NCBI GenBank assembly: GCA_026395595.1
Contig: JAPLYL010000003.1
Span: 76,136 to 140,135 of the forward strand
Origin: Candidatus Parcubacteria bacterium
Lineage (GTDB): Bacteria; Patescibacteriota; Minisyncoccia; Phycocordibacterales; CAIJYI01
DNA length: 64,000 nucleotides
Direction of reading: 5' to 3'
Part shown: piece by piece, positions 45,003 through 53,822 of the stretch
How positions within the stretch are numbered: the stretch's first letter is position 1
Layout of the letters: each line of letters starts with the position of its first letter
Position numbers and translations under genes: made by a program
The notes under the pieces: generated by a model
The model's database searches: none
What the model was told of the DNA's origin: nothing
What the model saw: only the letters and a program-made list of their open reading frames with translations

Positions 45003-45770
45003 TTACTTCAAAAGAGCTAGTGCTTTGATGAGATACATTTCGGCCATATTCCAATCAATCGGGTCGAGAGCGTTTCCGCTTTGTCTCAGTTTTCCTTGAG
45101 CATCAATGCTGATATCGGGAAATTCTAGAACAAGAGGTTTAACAAGTCCTACGCTTTCCGGACCAAGTCCTCCGGCTGCAACAATGCTGATTTCGGGAAA
45201 TGCTTCTTTGACTGCTTTTGCGAACGGGATAAGTCCTGTCGCATCCATACCCAGTCCTTGTCCCATGCTTTTATCAAGAAGAACGTACTGAACGATATCT
45301 TTATAACCCGAAAGCCGTTTGACAACTTCTTTTGGATCGTCATTCGCTTCTTCAATGGCGTTCTTTCCGATTTGCAAAATAACCTCTAAATTAACCCCTG
45401 AAGCAAAAACTGCCTTGGCGATGTAATCGGGATTCGGCCATATCATATCGAGTTGCAAAGCATTGATACCGTTGCCGCCGTAGCTTATTGCTTTAGCGAT
45501 ACTGCACTGAACATCAATGGCTTCATAATCTGCATAATGAAGACAGTTCATTGTCTCACTTGAAGAAAAGATGTCCGCAATGTTTTCTTTTTTGGGAAAA
45601 GCCTTTGTCCATCTTGTTTCAAGATTATGAAGCGTCTTGTAGCTCATCATCACACCGACATGAAGCCTGCGGTTTTGGCTCGGAGCAAGGTTTGATTTAA
45701 ACACGGCAAGCATTTGCTGAACCTGTTCAAACGTCATGAAATCAGTGATTCCGACATATGGAATAATCAT
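45003..45770 (-). CDS. Phosphoribosylanthranilate isomerase-like (TrpF-family TIM barrel) protein.
   Basis: IVQYVLLDKSMGQGLGMDATGLIPF ... ISIVAAGGLGPESV resembles the PRAI ...LLDS..GGSG..FDW... and ...AGGL.PENV blocks. No other trp genes are nearby. Confidence 0.45.
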   Translation of the reverse strand: MIIPYVGITDFMTFEQVQQMLAVFKSNLAPSQNRRLHVGVMMSYKTLHNLETRWTKAFPKKENIADIFSSSETMNCLHYADYEAIDVQCSIAKAISYGGNGINALQLDMIWPNPDYIAKAVFASGVNLEVILQIGKNAIEEANDDPKEVVKRLSGYKDIVQYVLLDKSMGQGLGMDATGLIPFAKAVKEAFPEISIVAAGGLGPESVGLVKPLVLEFPDISIDAQGKLRQSGNALDPIDWNMAEMYLIKALALLK

Positions 45771-45869
45771 AAGGTTATCTCCTTTTTTAATGAAATTTCT
45801 GTTTTCAATATTATCGGATTTGCCTCGTAAAGTCCAATATATTAAATGTCTTGCTCTGTTCGCTAAAAG

Positions 45870-45951
45870 TATGCTAAAACATCTTTATATTGCTTGAAAT
45901 CGCTGGTACTGAACCTGAGTAGTACGCAGATTTGGAATGCAGTGGAAAAGC
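45870..45951. repeat. Island-2 repeat family R, copy 4, fused to the right-hand copy of the 27-nt boundary core cgcagatttggaatgcagtggaaaagc.
   Basis: It has one mismatch relative to 43413-43439. Confidence 0.6.
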
Positions 45952-45986
45952 GATAGCCATACTCACAAAAATCGAGATTAAAATTT

Positions 45987-46426
45987 ATGAAAAACACAGA
46001 GATAAAAATTACCAAGGCGGTTACTTTTGAGTCCCAAGAGATACGGGAATTGGAAACCCTTGTTTGGGAAGAAGAAGTGACCAACAAATATGATGTGCCA
46101 ATGTTTGTTCGTTTCGGGTATGTTTTTGTTGCAAAAATCGGAGATAAAATTGTCGGCGCTATGGTTACCGAACGAATGCGAATGAAGTCTATGTGAGCGA
46201 TATTGTCGTTCATCCGCAATATCAGGGCATGAAAATTGGAAAAAAACTCTTTAGAAAATTATTGCGCGTAGTGAGAGGCATGAACGTCGTTTCTTTTCTT
46301 GACCCAGAATTGGTACCGACATTTAATCTTCATAAAAAACTTGGAGGGAAAGTGATCGCAAGAGTAAAAGATCCTTACAACCTTGATACTGGAATTCGGT
46401 TGCTTGTTCGAATATCAAACTCGTAA
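45987..46426 (+). pseudogene. GNAT-family N-acetyltransferase split by a -1 frameshift near 46172-46195.
   Basis: ORF1 ends ...VTERMRMKSM* at 46196. ORF2 starts from GTG 46193 with SDIVVHPQYQGMKIGKKLFRKLL, which is GNAT motif A. The back-translated frame 2 gives ANEVYVSDIVV, the expected beta-4/motif A junction. The codons were checked by hand. Confidence 0.55.
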
Positions 46427-46436
46427 ATTTTTTTAA

Positions 46437-46463
46437 AAAAAGCCCCGTTGTTCGGGGCTTTTA
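46437..46463. terminator. Bidirectional intrinsic terminator.
   Basis: aaaagccccgttgttcggggctttt forms a hairpin. Confidence 0.7.
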
Positions 46464-46475
46464 CTCTAGAAATTT

Positions 46476-46754
46476 TTACCACAGTCCGTATCGTTTGCCT
46501 CCAAGGGGAATGCCGGGACCTTCTGCTATTTTTGGCCATTGGCCGTCTTTAACGCGCATTCGTACTACGGCGATGAATGAGGGTATTGAAAAAATGACAT
46601 ATAATCCGACGAAACCCGCAAGTTTGGTTAATCCGGCGAACCAAAGAATAAAAGGCAGGGCAATCATTCCCAGTATGAGAAAAAGAACCATTATGAATAT
46701 CTCCTCTTTTGTGAATCTAACGGAAAGGATATAGGACTTTTTCTCGCGTTGCAA
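46476..46754 (-). CDS. Small membrane protein of 92 aa.
   Basis: Two TM helices are present. It converges on the shared terminator. Confidence 0.4.
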   Translation of the reverse strand: MQREKKSYILSVRFTKEEIFIMVLFLILGMIALPFILWFAGLTKLAGFVGLYVIFSIPSFIAVVRMRVKDGQWPKIAEGPGIPLGGKRYGLW

Positions 46755-46834
46755 GACTGTCGTCGTTTGACTAATATTGTATTAAGTGATACTATAATCT
46801 TCGGTTTTGATTTTTAACGAAAAGGAGAAAAGAC

Positions 46835-47068
46835 ATGAATGATGTTCTGCCGAATCCTAAAAAAGTTTTAACGATTCTTATGGTCGTACTCGCTTTGATT
46901 GTGGTTGTTTTTTTTACTTTATCCGGAGAACCTTTTTGGCGAACCGGCGTATTGATTCTTTTGCTTTCTTTGATCCGAGTTCCGGGACTTTTAATCTCGT
47001 CTGTCGGGAAAAAGAAATGCGTGGTGCGTAGCAAGCGTGCTCGTCGTAAAGCCCTTTTGAAAAAGTAA
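46835..47068 (+). CDS. Small membrane protein of 77 aa.
   Basis: The RBS aaaaggagaaaag lies before the ATG. Two TM helices are present. The terminator agcggtcggtttatccgaccgcttttt lies at 47081-47106. Confidence 0.45.
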   Translation: MNDVLPNPKKVLTILMVVLALIVVVFFTLSGEPFWRTGVLILLLSLIRVPGLLISSVGKKKCVVRSKRARRKALLKK

Positions 47069-47164
47069 ATTTTGTGAATAGCGGTCGGTTTATCCGACCG
47101 CTTTTTCTTTGTGAATACAGCAGATACTGTTATAATAAAGACAAGATAACTAAATTAAAAAACC

Positions 47165-47557
47165 ATGTTCAAAGAATTCAAACAATTTGTGTTTCGCGGA
47201 AACACCGTGGATCTCGCCGTCGGTATCGTTGTTGGTACGGCCTTTCGCGACATTGTTACTGCTCTTGTTAAAGATATTCTGACTCCGGTTATTGCCGCAG
47301 TGGTAGGAGAAGTTCCGGATTTTGCCAATCTTTCATTTGTTATAAATAAAAGCCGGTTCATGTACGGAGACTTCATTAACTCCGGAATAACTTTTCTTCT
47401 TATTTTTCTAGCCTTGTTTTTCTTTGTCGTCAGACCGATGAACGTTTTGGTTGAGCACACAAAAAAGACTGCTCCTCTTACCAAAAAATGTACCGAATGT
47501 TTAAGCGAGATTCCTCTTGAAGCGAAACGGTGTTCGTTTTGCGGACAAAAGCAATAA
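47165..47557 (+). CDS. mscL: Large-conductance mechanosensitive channel MscL with an extra C-terminal CxxC-x11-CxxC zinc ribbon.
   Basis: The N-terminus is FKEFKQFVFRGNTVDLAVGIVVGTAF. The tail KKCTECLSEIPLEAKRCSFCGQKQ is not present in canonical MscL. Confidence 0.85.
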   Translation: MFKEFKQFVFRGNTVDLAVGIVVGTAFRDIVTALVKDILTPVIAAVVGEVPDFANLSFVINKSRFMYGDFINSGITFLLIFLALFFFVVRPMNVLVEHTKKTAPLTKKCTECLSEIPLEAKRCSFCGQKQ

Positions 47558-47591
47558 AATAGCCAATCAAAACCCCGCAATGTCTGCGTGG

Positions 47592-47620
47592 TTGACTTTT
47601 TTCTTGAAAAACACTATATT
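47592..47620 (+). promoter_or_regulatory. Promoter TTGACT-17-TATATT upstream of rplJ.
   Basis: The hexamers and spacer were read directly. Confidence 0.55.
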
Positions 47621-47626
47621 GTGTAT

Positions 47627-47738
47627 CTAAGCCGCGAAGAAAAGAGGCATCCATAAGCCCTCTCGAGTGGGTCGATCTTCGGTTGTATGGAATTTTTCCA
47701 TACAGAGCACGGCTGTTTAGCCGTTTTTTTATGTATAT
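47627..47738 (+). ncRNA. Ribosomal protein L10 (rplJ) leader-like structured 5' UTR ending in an attenuator hairpin.
   Basis: It is a 110-nt structured leader between the promoter and rplJ. The terminator-like hairpin cggctgtttagccg plus a U-run lies at 47710-47730, just before the start codon. L10(L12)4 autoregulation through a leader is well established. The exact motif match was not verified. Confidence 0.4.
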
Positions 47739-48233
47739 ATGGCAATAAACAAAGCAAAGAAAGTTGAGATATTGGAGCATTTGAAAGGAATCGCCAAAGG
47801 GGAAGGTTCTCGCGTTTTTGTGAACTTCCACGGAGTTTCCGTTTCCGATGTTACCGCAATACGCCGAGCCCTTCACCAAGAAGGAATCGGATACTTTGTG
47901 TCCAAAAAAACTCTCGCGCGAAAAGTATTCAATGAAGCGGGTATAGACGGAGAATTTCCGGAACTTTCCGGAGAGCTCGCTATCGCTTACGGAGAAGATC
48001 CGATCGCACCGGCGAGAGAAATGCAGAAGTTTCAAAAAACACTGAAAGAGAAAATTTCCATTCTCGGAGGGGTTTTTGAACATCGTTTTGTCGGAGCGGA
48101 TGAAATGAAAGTCATCGCCTCCATCCCGACGAGACAGATTTTGTACGGACAATTCGTTAACCTTATCAATTCTCCGATACAAGGATTGGTTATCTCCTTG
48201 GATGGTATCGCACAGAAGAAAGAAGCAGTCTAA
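47739..48233 (+). CDS. rplJ: 50S ribosomal protein L10.
   Basis: MAINKAKKVEILEHLKGIAKGEGSRVFVNFHGVSVSDVTAIRRAL is a typical L10. It sits immediately upstream of rplL. Confidence 0.92.
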   Translation: MAINKAKKVEILEHLKGIAKGEGSRVFVNFHGVSVSDVTAIRRALHQEGIGYFVSKKTLARKVFNEAGIDGEFPELSGELAIAYGEDPIAPAREMQKFQKTLKEKISILGGVFEHRFVGADEMKVIASIPTRQILYGQFVNLINSPIQGLVISLDGIAQKKEAV

Positions 48234-48260
48234 AATATATAAGCACTAATAATAAAATTT

Positions 48261-48653
48261 ATGGAAGAAGAAAAAGTAGAAGTACCGGCGAAGTTCAAAG
48301 ACCTCGTTGAGAAAATTGAAACCATGAGCGTTCTTGAGCTCCATGAGCTCGTGAAATTGCTCGAAAAAAGATTCGGCGTATCAGCGGCTGCGGTTGCTGT
48401 CGCCGGAGCGGCAGCCCCGGCTGCGGAAGCTGCAGACGAAAAGAGTTCCTTCAATGTTGAACTCACTGCTGCCGGAGACCAGAAGATCGGAGTTATTAAA
48501 GTTATCAAAGAGGTTCTCGGACTCGGTTTGAAAGAGGCGAAAGATCTCGTTGAAGCGGCTCCTGCTATGGTCAAAGAAGGATTGAAAAAAGACGAAGCCG
48601 AAGCTTTGAAGAAAAAATTGGAAGAAGTCGGCGCAAAAGTTACGCTTAAATAA
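48261..48653 (+). CDS. rplL: 50S ribosomal protein L7/L12.
   Basis: An N-terminal dimerisation helix is followed by an Ala/Glu-rich hinge ([19 protein letters not shown]) and the C-terminal domain [24 protein letters not shown] ... [12 protein letters not shown]. Confidence 0.95.
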   Translation: MEEEKVEVPAKFKDLVEKIETMSVLELHELVKLLEKRFGVSAAAVAVAGAAAPAAEAADEKSSFNVELTAAGDQKIGVIKVIKEVLGLGLKEAKDLVEAAPAMVKEGLKKDEAEALKKKLEEVGAKVTLK

Positions 48654-48675
48654 AGAAACGTTATACCCAAAGCAA

Positions 48676-48704
48676 AGGCCCCATTATGGGGCTTTTGTTT
48701 TGTT
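48676..48704 (+). terminator. Intrinsic terminator after rplL.
   Basis: aaaggccccattatggggcttttgtttt forms a hairpin followed by a T-run. Confidence 0.75.
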
Positions 48705-48726
48705 GAATTGGCCGGTTTCAAATAAA

Positions 48727-48826
48727 ATTTTCAATTTACAATTTTTAATTTTCAATCAATTTTTAAATAACAATTTTCAAACACAGCGTCGTCCGTGTTT
48801 GAAAATTAAAAATTGTAAATTGAAAA
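48727..48826. repeat. AT-rich palindromic element of 100 nt. It has perfect 28-bp inverted arms and a 43-nt central region with its own sub-hairpin.
   Basis: The arms ttttcaatttacaatttttaattttcaa and ttgaaaattaaaaattgtaaattgaaaa were verified as exact reverse complements. The inner pairing is caattttcaaacac with gtgtttgaaaattg. Confidence 0.65.
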
Positions 48827-48882
48827 CTTTATCGCGTATTTCTCCCGTGTCATAAATTATTTTTTCCTATATAATAAACCAT

Positions 48883-50739
48883 ATGGAACCACTCGTAAAA
48901 AACGAAACTAATCTTACTCGAGCGGGACTTCAGCGAAACGTTCTTCTTGATAGAGCGGAAGAAGTCGCCGAATCTCATCTTCCTTGGGCATGGAAATTAT
49001 TTCCTTTTACGGTATTCATTCTTCTGATTATCGGATCATATTCCACATGGAAGTATGCGACTTCCGTTTTTCCTGTTTCAGTATTTTCTCCTCGTTCCGT
49101 TCTCGCTATTTTTTCGGTCGTTACGCTTTTTTCTGTCGGCGTTATGCTCCTACTTATTGTTTTTATACGTTCATATTTGTCGGTCTTAAAAACAACCAAA
49201 GCTCTATACTTTCAAAATCAAATGTTCTCTCTTGTTACTGAAGGGGAGAATGACGGCGTGTGGGACTGGGATATGGTCGCGAACAAAATATATTTTTCTC
49301 CGCAATGGAACGACATGCTTGGGTATCGACAGACAACGATGTCTGACGACCCGAACGAGTGGTTTGCTCTTATCCACCCCGAAGATATTCCTTCTTTTCA
49401 GCAGGCATTACAGCTTCATATTGAAAGAAGAAGCGCTGTTTTTCGTTCGGAACATCGGGTACGGACGGTAAGCGGAGACTATCGGTGGGTGTTGGATCGC
49501 GGGCATGCCGTGTGGGACAAAAACAATAAAGTTCTTCGGCTCGCCGGTTCTACCACAGACATTTCAAACTTGAAAGAAGTTGAAAACGTACTCCACGGAA
49601 AAACAGAAGAACTTGAACAGGCGAATGAAATCGTACGACGAGAGAAAGTTAAAGACGAAGCGCTTTTGACGAGTATCGGTGATGGAATGATTGCTACAAA
49701 TGAAGACGGAAAGATTGTGGTGATGAACCCTCAGGCCGGGAAAATGCTCATGAGAGATGTTGCTTCTTCTCTCGGAAAATTTTTCGCCGAAATAATGCCG
49801 ATGGAACAGAACGAGAAAGAAGAGTTGCTGGCTCTTGGGGACAGACCCGTTATTCAAACACTCGTGCGGGGCGTTCGCATTACGAAAGTGTCCTACTTAT
49901 TCCGCTCCGATGGTACGAAATTTCCGGCATCAGTTACTTCCGCTCCAATATTTTTGGAAGGAAAAATTATCGGCGCCATTGTCGTGTTTAGAGACATTAC
50001 TCACGAAAAGGAAGTCGATAAAAGCAAAACAGAATTCGTTTCGCTTGCTTCACATCAGTTGAGGACTCCTCTTTCCGCCATTCGCTGGTATTCAGAAATG
50101 CTCTCGTCGGAAAAGTTGGGACCGCTTAATGATCAACAGAAAAGCTATCTCAAAGAAATTTATGACAGCAATAAGCACATGGTTGAGCTGGTCAACGCGC
50201 TTCTCAATGTTTCTCGCATTGACCTCGGTACTTTTGCCATTGAGCCGGAACCGACCGATTTCAAAGAAGTTGCCGAAAGCGTTCTTCATGAATTATTCGT
50301 AAAAATTCAGGAAGCGGAAATGCACGTTGCTTTTTCTTTTGAAGAAAATTTGCCGAAGGTGAACGCTGATCCAAAACTCGTGAGGATTATTTTCCAAAAT
50401 CTTTTATCAAATGCGGTGAAGTATACGAAAAAAGGAGGAAACATTTCCCTCGCTATTTCAAAAGATGCTCAAAATTTGCGTATCAAAGTTTCAGATAATG
50501 GTGTCGGCATCCCGACCAATGTTCAAAGCAAGATATTTACCAAACTTTTCCGCGCAGATAATGCTCGTATCGTTGAGTCGGAAGGAACGGGATTGGGGTT
50601 GTATATCGTAAAATCCATCATAGAAAAAGGAGGAGGAGCAATACGATTTGAATCGGTTGAGAACCAAGGAACGACTTTTTATGTAGACCTGCCTCTCTCT
50701 GGAATGACCGCTGTTTCCGGCGCTAAAGACTTGGCTTGA
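48883..50739 (+). CDS. Sensor histidine kinase with a TM region, PAS, HisKA and HATPase_c.
   Basis: Two N-terminal TM helices are present. The PAS-like region has WDWDMVANKIYFSPQW. The H-box is FVSLASHQLRTPLSAI. N, G1 and G2 boxes are present (LLSNAVKYT, DNGVGIP, GTGLGL). Confidence 0.85.
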   Translation: MEPLVKNETNLTRAGLQRNVLLDRAEEVAESHLPWAWKLFPFTVFILLIIGSYSTWKYATSVFPVSVFSPRSVLAIFSVVTLFSVGVMLLLIVFIRSYLSVLKTTKALYFQNQMFSLVTEGENDGVWDWDMVANKIYFSPQWNDMLGYRQTTMSDDPNEWFALIHPEDIPSFQQALQLHIERRSAVFRSEHRVRTVSGDYRWVLDRGHAVWDKNNKVLRLAGSTTDISNLKEVENVLHGKTEELEQANEIVRREKVKDEALLTSIGDGMIATNEDGKIVVMNPQAGKMLMRDVASSLGKFFAEIMPMEQNEKEELLALGDRPVIQTLVRGVRITKVSYLFRSDGTKFPASVTSAPIFLEGKIIGAIVVFRDITHEKEVDKSKTEFVSLASHQLRTPLSAIRWYSEMLSSEKLGPLNDQQKSYLKEIYDSNKHMVELVNALLNVSRIDLGTFAIEPEPTDFKEVAESVLHELFVKIQEAEMHVAFSFEENLPKVNADPKLVRIIFQNLLSNAVKYTKKGGNISLAISKDAQNLRIKVSDNGVGIPTNVQSKIFTKLFRADNARIVESEGTGLGLYIVKSIIEKGGGAIRFESVENQGTTFYVDLPLSGMTAVSGAKDLA

Positions 50740-50792
50740 GTCGGGAAATCAGATATACTAATTGAGTAACCACCTATAAAAACTCTATTTAT

Positions 50793-51179
50793 ATGAACCA
50801 CAATCAAGATAAAAAAGTTCTTGTCGTTGAAGATGACCGCGTCTTAAGAAGAGTTATTGTGGATAATCTTAAATCAGAAGGATTTACTGTTGTGGAAGCG
50901 GAAGACGGGGCCGCCGGATTAGCAACGGCTGTTGCCGAGCACCCCGATCTTATTTTACTGGATGTCGTTATGCCGAAAATGGACGGTATCGCCATGCTGG
51001 AAAAATTGAGAGAAGACCACTGGGGCAAGGATGCGCAGGTTATCATGCTTACGAACCTAAGCGATGCGGATAAAGTTTCTTTTGCTGCAGAGAAGGGGGT
51101 GAAGGATTATCTGGTCAAAGCGGATTGGGATATTACCAGTATTATCCAAAAAGTCAAGGATAAAATAAGAGGTTTATAA
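50793..51179 (+). CDS. Stand-alone response-regulator receiver domain (CheY-like).
   Basis: It has VLVVEDD, the phospho-acceptor in LILLDVVMP, T in MLT, and K in DYLVKAD. It is 128 aa with no output domain. Confidence 0.85.
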   Translation: MNHNQDKKVLVVEDDRVLRRVIVDNLKSEGFTVVEAEDGAAGLATAVAEHPDLILLDVVMPKMDGIAMLEKLREDHWGKDAQVIMLTNLSDADKVSFAAEKGVKDYLVKADWDITSIIQKVKDKIRGL

Positions 51180-51523
51180 TTTCTGAGCGGTCTATCTGAT
51201 TGATCGCTCGCGTGGCTCGCTATGGCGTCTGGGCCAGTTTGGAAACTGGCGGATGAAAATCTTAGGTTTTTATCCTTTTTTGCTGTGGGATGTTCTGTTA
51301 GAGTCGCACGGCTTTTTTCCTGAAAAAATTAACGTGAATCCTTGCCCTGCCGTAGCTTTAGCGAAGGAGGGTCATCGAAAAATCCTCGTTTTTGTATATG
51401 TGGTAAAACTCAAAAAATCTCAACGAACTTTCTTTTGACAAACTATATATATATGATAAAGTCAGTACGGATTTGTTTTGGTAAAAAATACTTGTTTTTC
51501 ACAAATTGGTGAAGGAAAAAATA

Positions 51524-51681
51524 TGAGTTTATTGTCTTCAAAGAATTGTCGTCGTGAGTTTTTTTGGGTGATTTTGGCCTTGTTCGCCGCTTCTTTAGTT
51601 TTCTCTGGTAACCTGGAAATAGTCTTTTTTTATATGGCCATAGCAGTAAGTGTTGTTGCTGTTACTTTACGAGTTTTTTAG
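51524..51681 (+). CDS. Small membrane protein of 52 aa (MSLLSSKNCRREFFWVILALFAASLVFSGNLEIVFFYMAIAVSVVAVTLRVF).
   Basis: The promoter TTGACA is at 51436. The RBS gaaggaaaaaat lies before the ATG. The terminator ccgcctcggcattttgtcggggcggtttttcc is at 51726-51758. The track ORF starts earlier at 51478 in the same frame. Confidence 0.4.
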
Positions 51682-51797
51682 AAAAGAAAGAAGGTGACAA
51701 CTGTTGGATTGAGAAAATAAAGTTTGTAACCGCCTCGGCATTTTGTCGGGGCGGTTTTTCCTTTTTCAAGTTTTCAAAAATATGGTATTGTACATAC

Positions 51798-53726
51798 ATG
51801 GATCCTCACAAAATCACTTACTTTGCTAAGGCGGATTTCCGCAATAAGATGACTGAGTTTGGCATAAAGGCGGAAGACCGAACTCGCCATGTGTACGTCA
51901 TTGGAAAGACGGGAATGGGGAAGTCTACACTTCTTGAAAACATGGTGGTTCAGGATATTCAGAGCGGAAACGGCTGCGCTTTCATAGATCCGCACGGAGG
52001 AACGGCGGAACTTTTGTTGGATTACGTTCCTGAGCACCGTATCAAAGATGTTATTTATTTCGCGCCTTTTGATACCGACTATCCGGTGGCGTTCAATGTC
52101 ATGGAAGATGTCGGTAAAGATAAACGCCATCTCGTCGCGGCCGGACTCATGAGCGCTTTCAAAAAAATATGGGTGGATGCATGGTCGGCTCGTATGGAAT
52201 ATATCTTGAGCAATACGCTGCTCGCTCTTTTGGAATTTCCCGGCGCGACGCTTCTCGGTGTGAATCGAATGTACTCGGATAAAGATTATCGCAAAAAAGT
52301 CGTTGATAATATCACTGACCCGTCCATCAAATCTTTCTGGGTGGACGAATACGCAAAATACGGCGAACGATATACACAGGAAGCGACTCCAGCCATTCAA
52401 AACAAAGTCGGGCAATTCGTCTCCAATCCGCTCATCAGAAATATCATCGGACAGTCAAAATCCACTTTTGATATTCGCGATGTCATGGACTCCAAAAAGA
52501 TTCTTATCATGAATCTTTCAAAGGGAAGAGTCGGCGATCAGAACACCAGCCTTCTCGGAAGCATGCTCATCACAAAAATATATCTCGCCGCGATGTCTCG
52601 CGCTGACGCTTCCCGTTCTGAAATGTCGGAACTGCCGCCATTTTATTTCTTCGTTGATGAATTCCAATCTTTTGCCAATGAATCTTTTGCGGACATTCTT
52701 TCCGAGGCGAGAAAATACAAACTTAATCTTACTATCGCTCATCAGTACATAGAACAGATGCCTGAAGAAGTGAGAGCGGCCGTATTCGGCAACGTTGGAA
52801 CGATGATTACGTTCCGTGTTGGGTCATACGATGCCGATGTCTTGGAAAAAGAATTTTTGCCGGCATTTTCCGCCGAAGATATTGTGAATCTTGATAAATA
52901 TCAGCTGTATCTCAAACTCATGATTGACGGCGTCGGGTCAAGGCCTTTTTCCGCCGTAGCGCTTCCTCCAATCAAAAAAGATGGTATTTCTTTCAAAGAG
53001 CAAATTCTTGAAAATTCCCGAAACGTATTCGCCAAGAAAAGGGAAGAGGTGGAAAAAGAAATAATGGAATGGCACGAGATGAGTTTTGCTGAGAAAAAGA
53101 ATCCGGTTATTCCTTCAACCTTCACTCCTCCGTCCGGCGGTTTTTCAACCGGCGCTTCCTTTGCCTCGCCGAAGCCTTTGACAGAGGCGGGTTCTCGCCC
53201 GGTACCTTCTCAACCGTCCTCAACTTTTCGTCCCCCAGTGCAACCGTATCGTCCAAATCAAGGAACAACAGGAACCACTCCCTCCCGACCGCCTTTTGTA
53301 CCGCGAAATAATCCTCCTGTCCAGCGTGAAATTCCCCAAGAGCAAAGCGCTAGCGTTTATGTCAAGAAGAGTGAACCGGTTGAGAGACGAAGTGTTCCTC
53401 GTATTATGCCCCGCACAGAACAGGTTCGCCGAGATATCCCTCCGCAAACACCAAGCGTCTCGCTTTCATCGCTCCGAAGAGACGCCGTGAAGACGCCCGA
53501 ACCTTCTCAAAACAGAAACTCTCTGAAAGAAGCCTTGCAATCAATTCTTCCTCCGAAAGAAGCTCAAAACGCTTCTCAGAAAAAAGAGGAAGCGAAGAAA
53601 GAAGAAATTCCCGTTCGTGAAATTCCACAGACCCAGAAACCGACGCCAACTCCGACCTCAACGCAAAGCGCGGTAAAAGAAATCCCCGAAGATGTATTGA
53701 AAGGCATGCTTAAAGTAGAAGAATAA
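51798..53726 (+). CDS. TraD/VirD4/HerA-like P-loop ATPase (type IV secretion-system DNA-binding-domain type) with a Pro/Ser/Thr-rich C-terminal tail.
   Basis: Walker A is VIGKTGMGKSTLL. Walker B is PPFYFFVDEFQSF. The 430-aa ATPase core is followed by 200 aa of low-complexity P/S/T/Q-rich sequence. Confidence 0.6.
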   Translation: MDPHKITYFAKADFRNKMTEFGIKAEDRTRHVYVIGKTGMGKSTLLENMVVQDIQSGNGCAFIDPHGGTAELLLDYVPEHRIKDVIYFAPFDTDYPVAFNVMEDVGKDKRHLVAAGLMSAFKKIWVDAWSARMEYILSNTLLALLEFPGATLLGVNRMYSDKDYRKKVVDNITDPSIKSFWVDEYAKYGERYTQEATPAIQNKVGQFVSNPLIRNIIGQSKSTFDIRDVMDSKKILIMNLSKGRVGDQNTSLLGSMLITKIYLAAMSRADASRSEMSELPPFYFFVDEFQSFANESFADILSEARKYKLNLTIAHQYIEQMPEEVRAAVFGNVGTMITFRVGSYDADVLEKEFLPAFSAEDIVNLDKYQLYLKLMIDGVGSRPFSAVALPPIKKDGISFKEQILENSRNVFAKKREEVEKEIMEWHEMSFAEKKNPVIPSTFTPPSGGFSTGASFASPKPLTEAGSRPVPSQPSSTFRPPVQPYRPNQGTTGTTPSRPPFVPRNNPPVQREIPQEQSASVYVKKSEPVERRSVPRIMPRTEQVRRDIPPQTPSVSLSSLRRDAVKTPEPSQNRNSLKEALQSILPPKEAQNASQKKEEAKKEEIPVREIPQTQKPTPTPTSTQSAVKEIPEDVLKGMLKVEE

Positions 53727-53730
53727 AAAC

Positions 53731-53820
53731 AAGAGCTTTTAGCTGTTAGGTTTTAGGTATGAGCTTAAAACGATTATTTTTGAAAAAGCTAAAAGCTGAT
53801 AGCTAATACCTAAAAGCTAA
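53731..53820. repeat. agcttttag inverted-repeat element, family member 2 (see 1288-1436).
   Basis: The left arm is agcttttagctgttaggttttaggtatgagctt. The right arm is aagctaaaagctgatagctaatacctaaaagcta. It shares the 19-nt block agctgt.aggttttag with the first copy. Confidence 0.55.
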
Positions 53821-53822
53821 TT

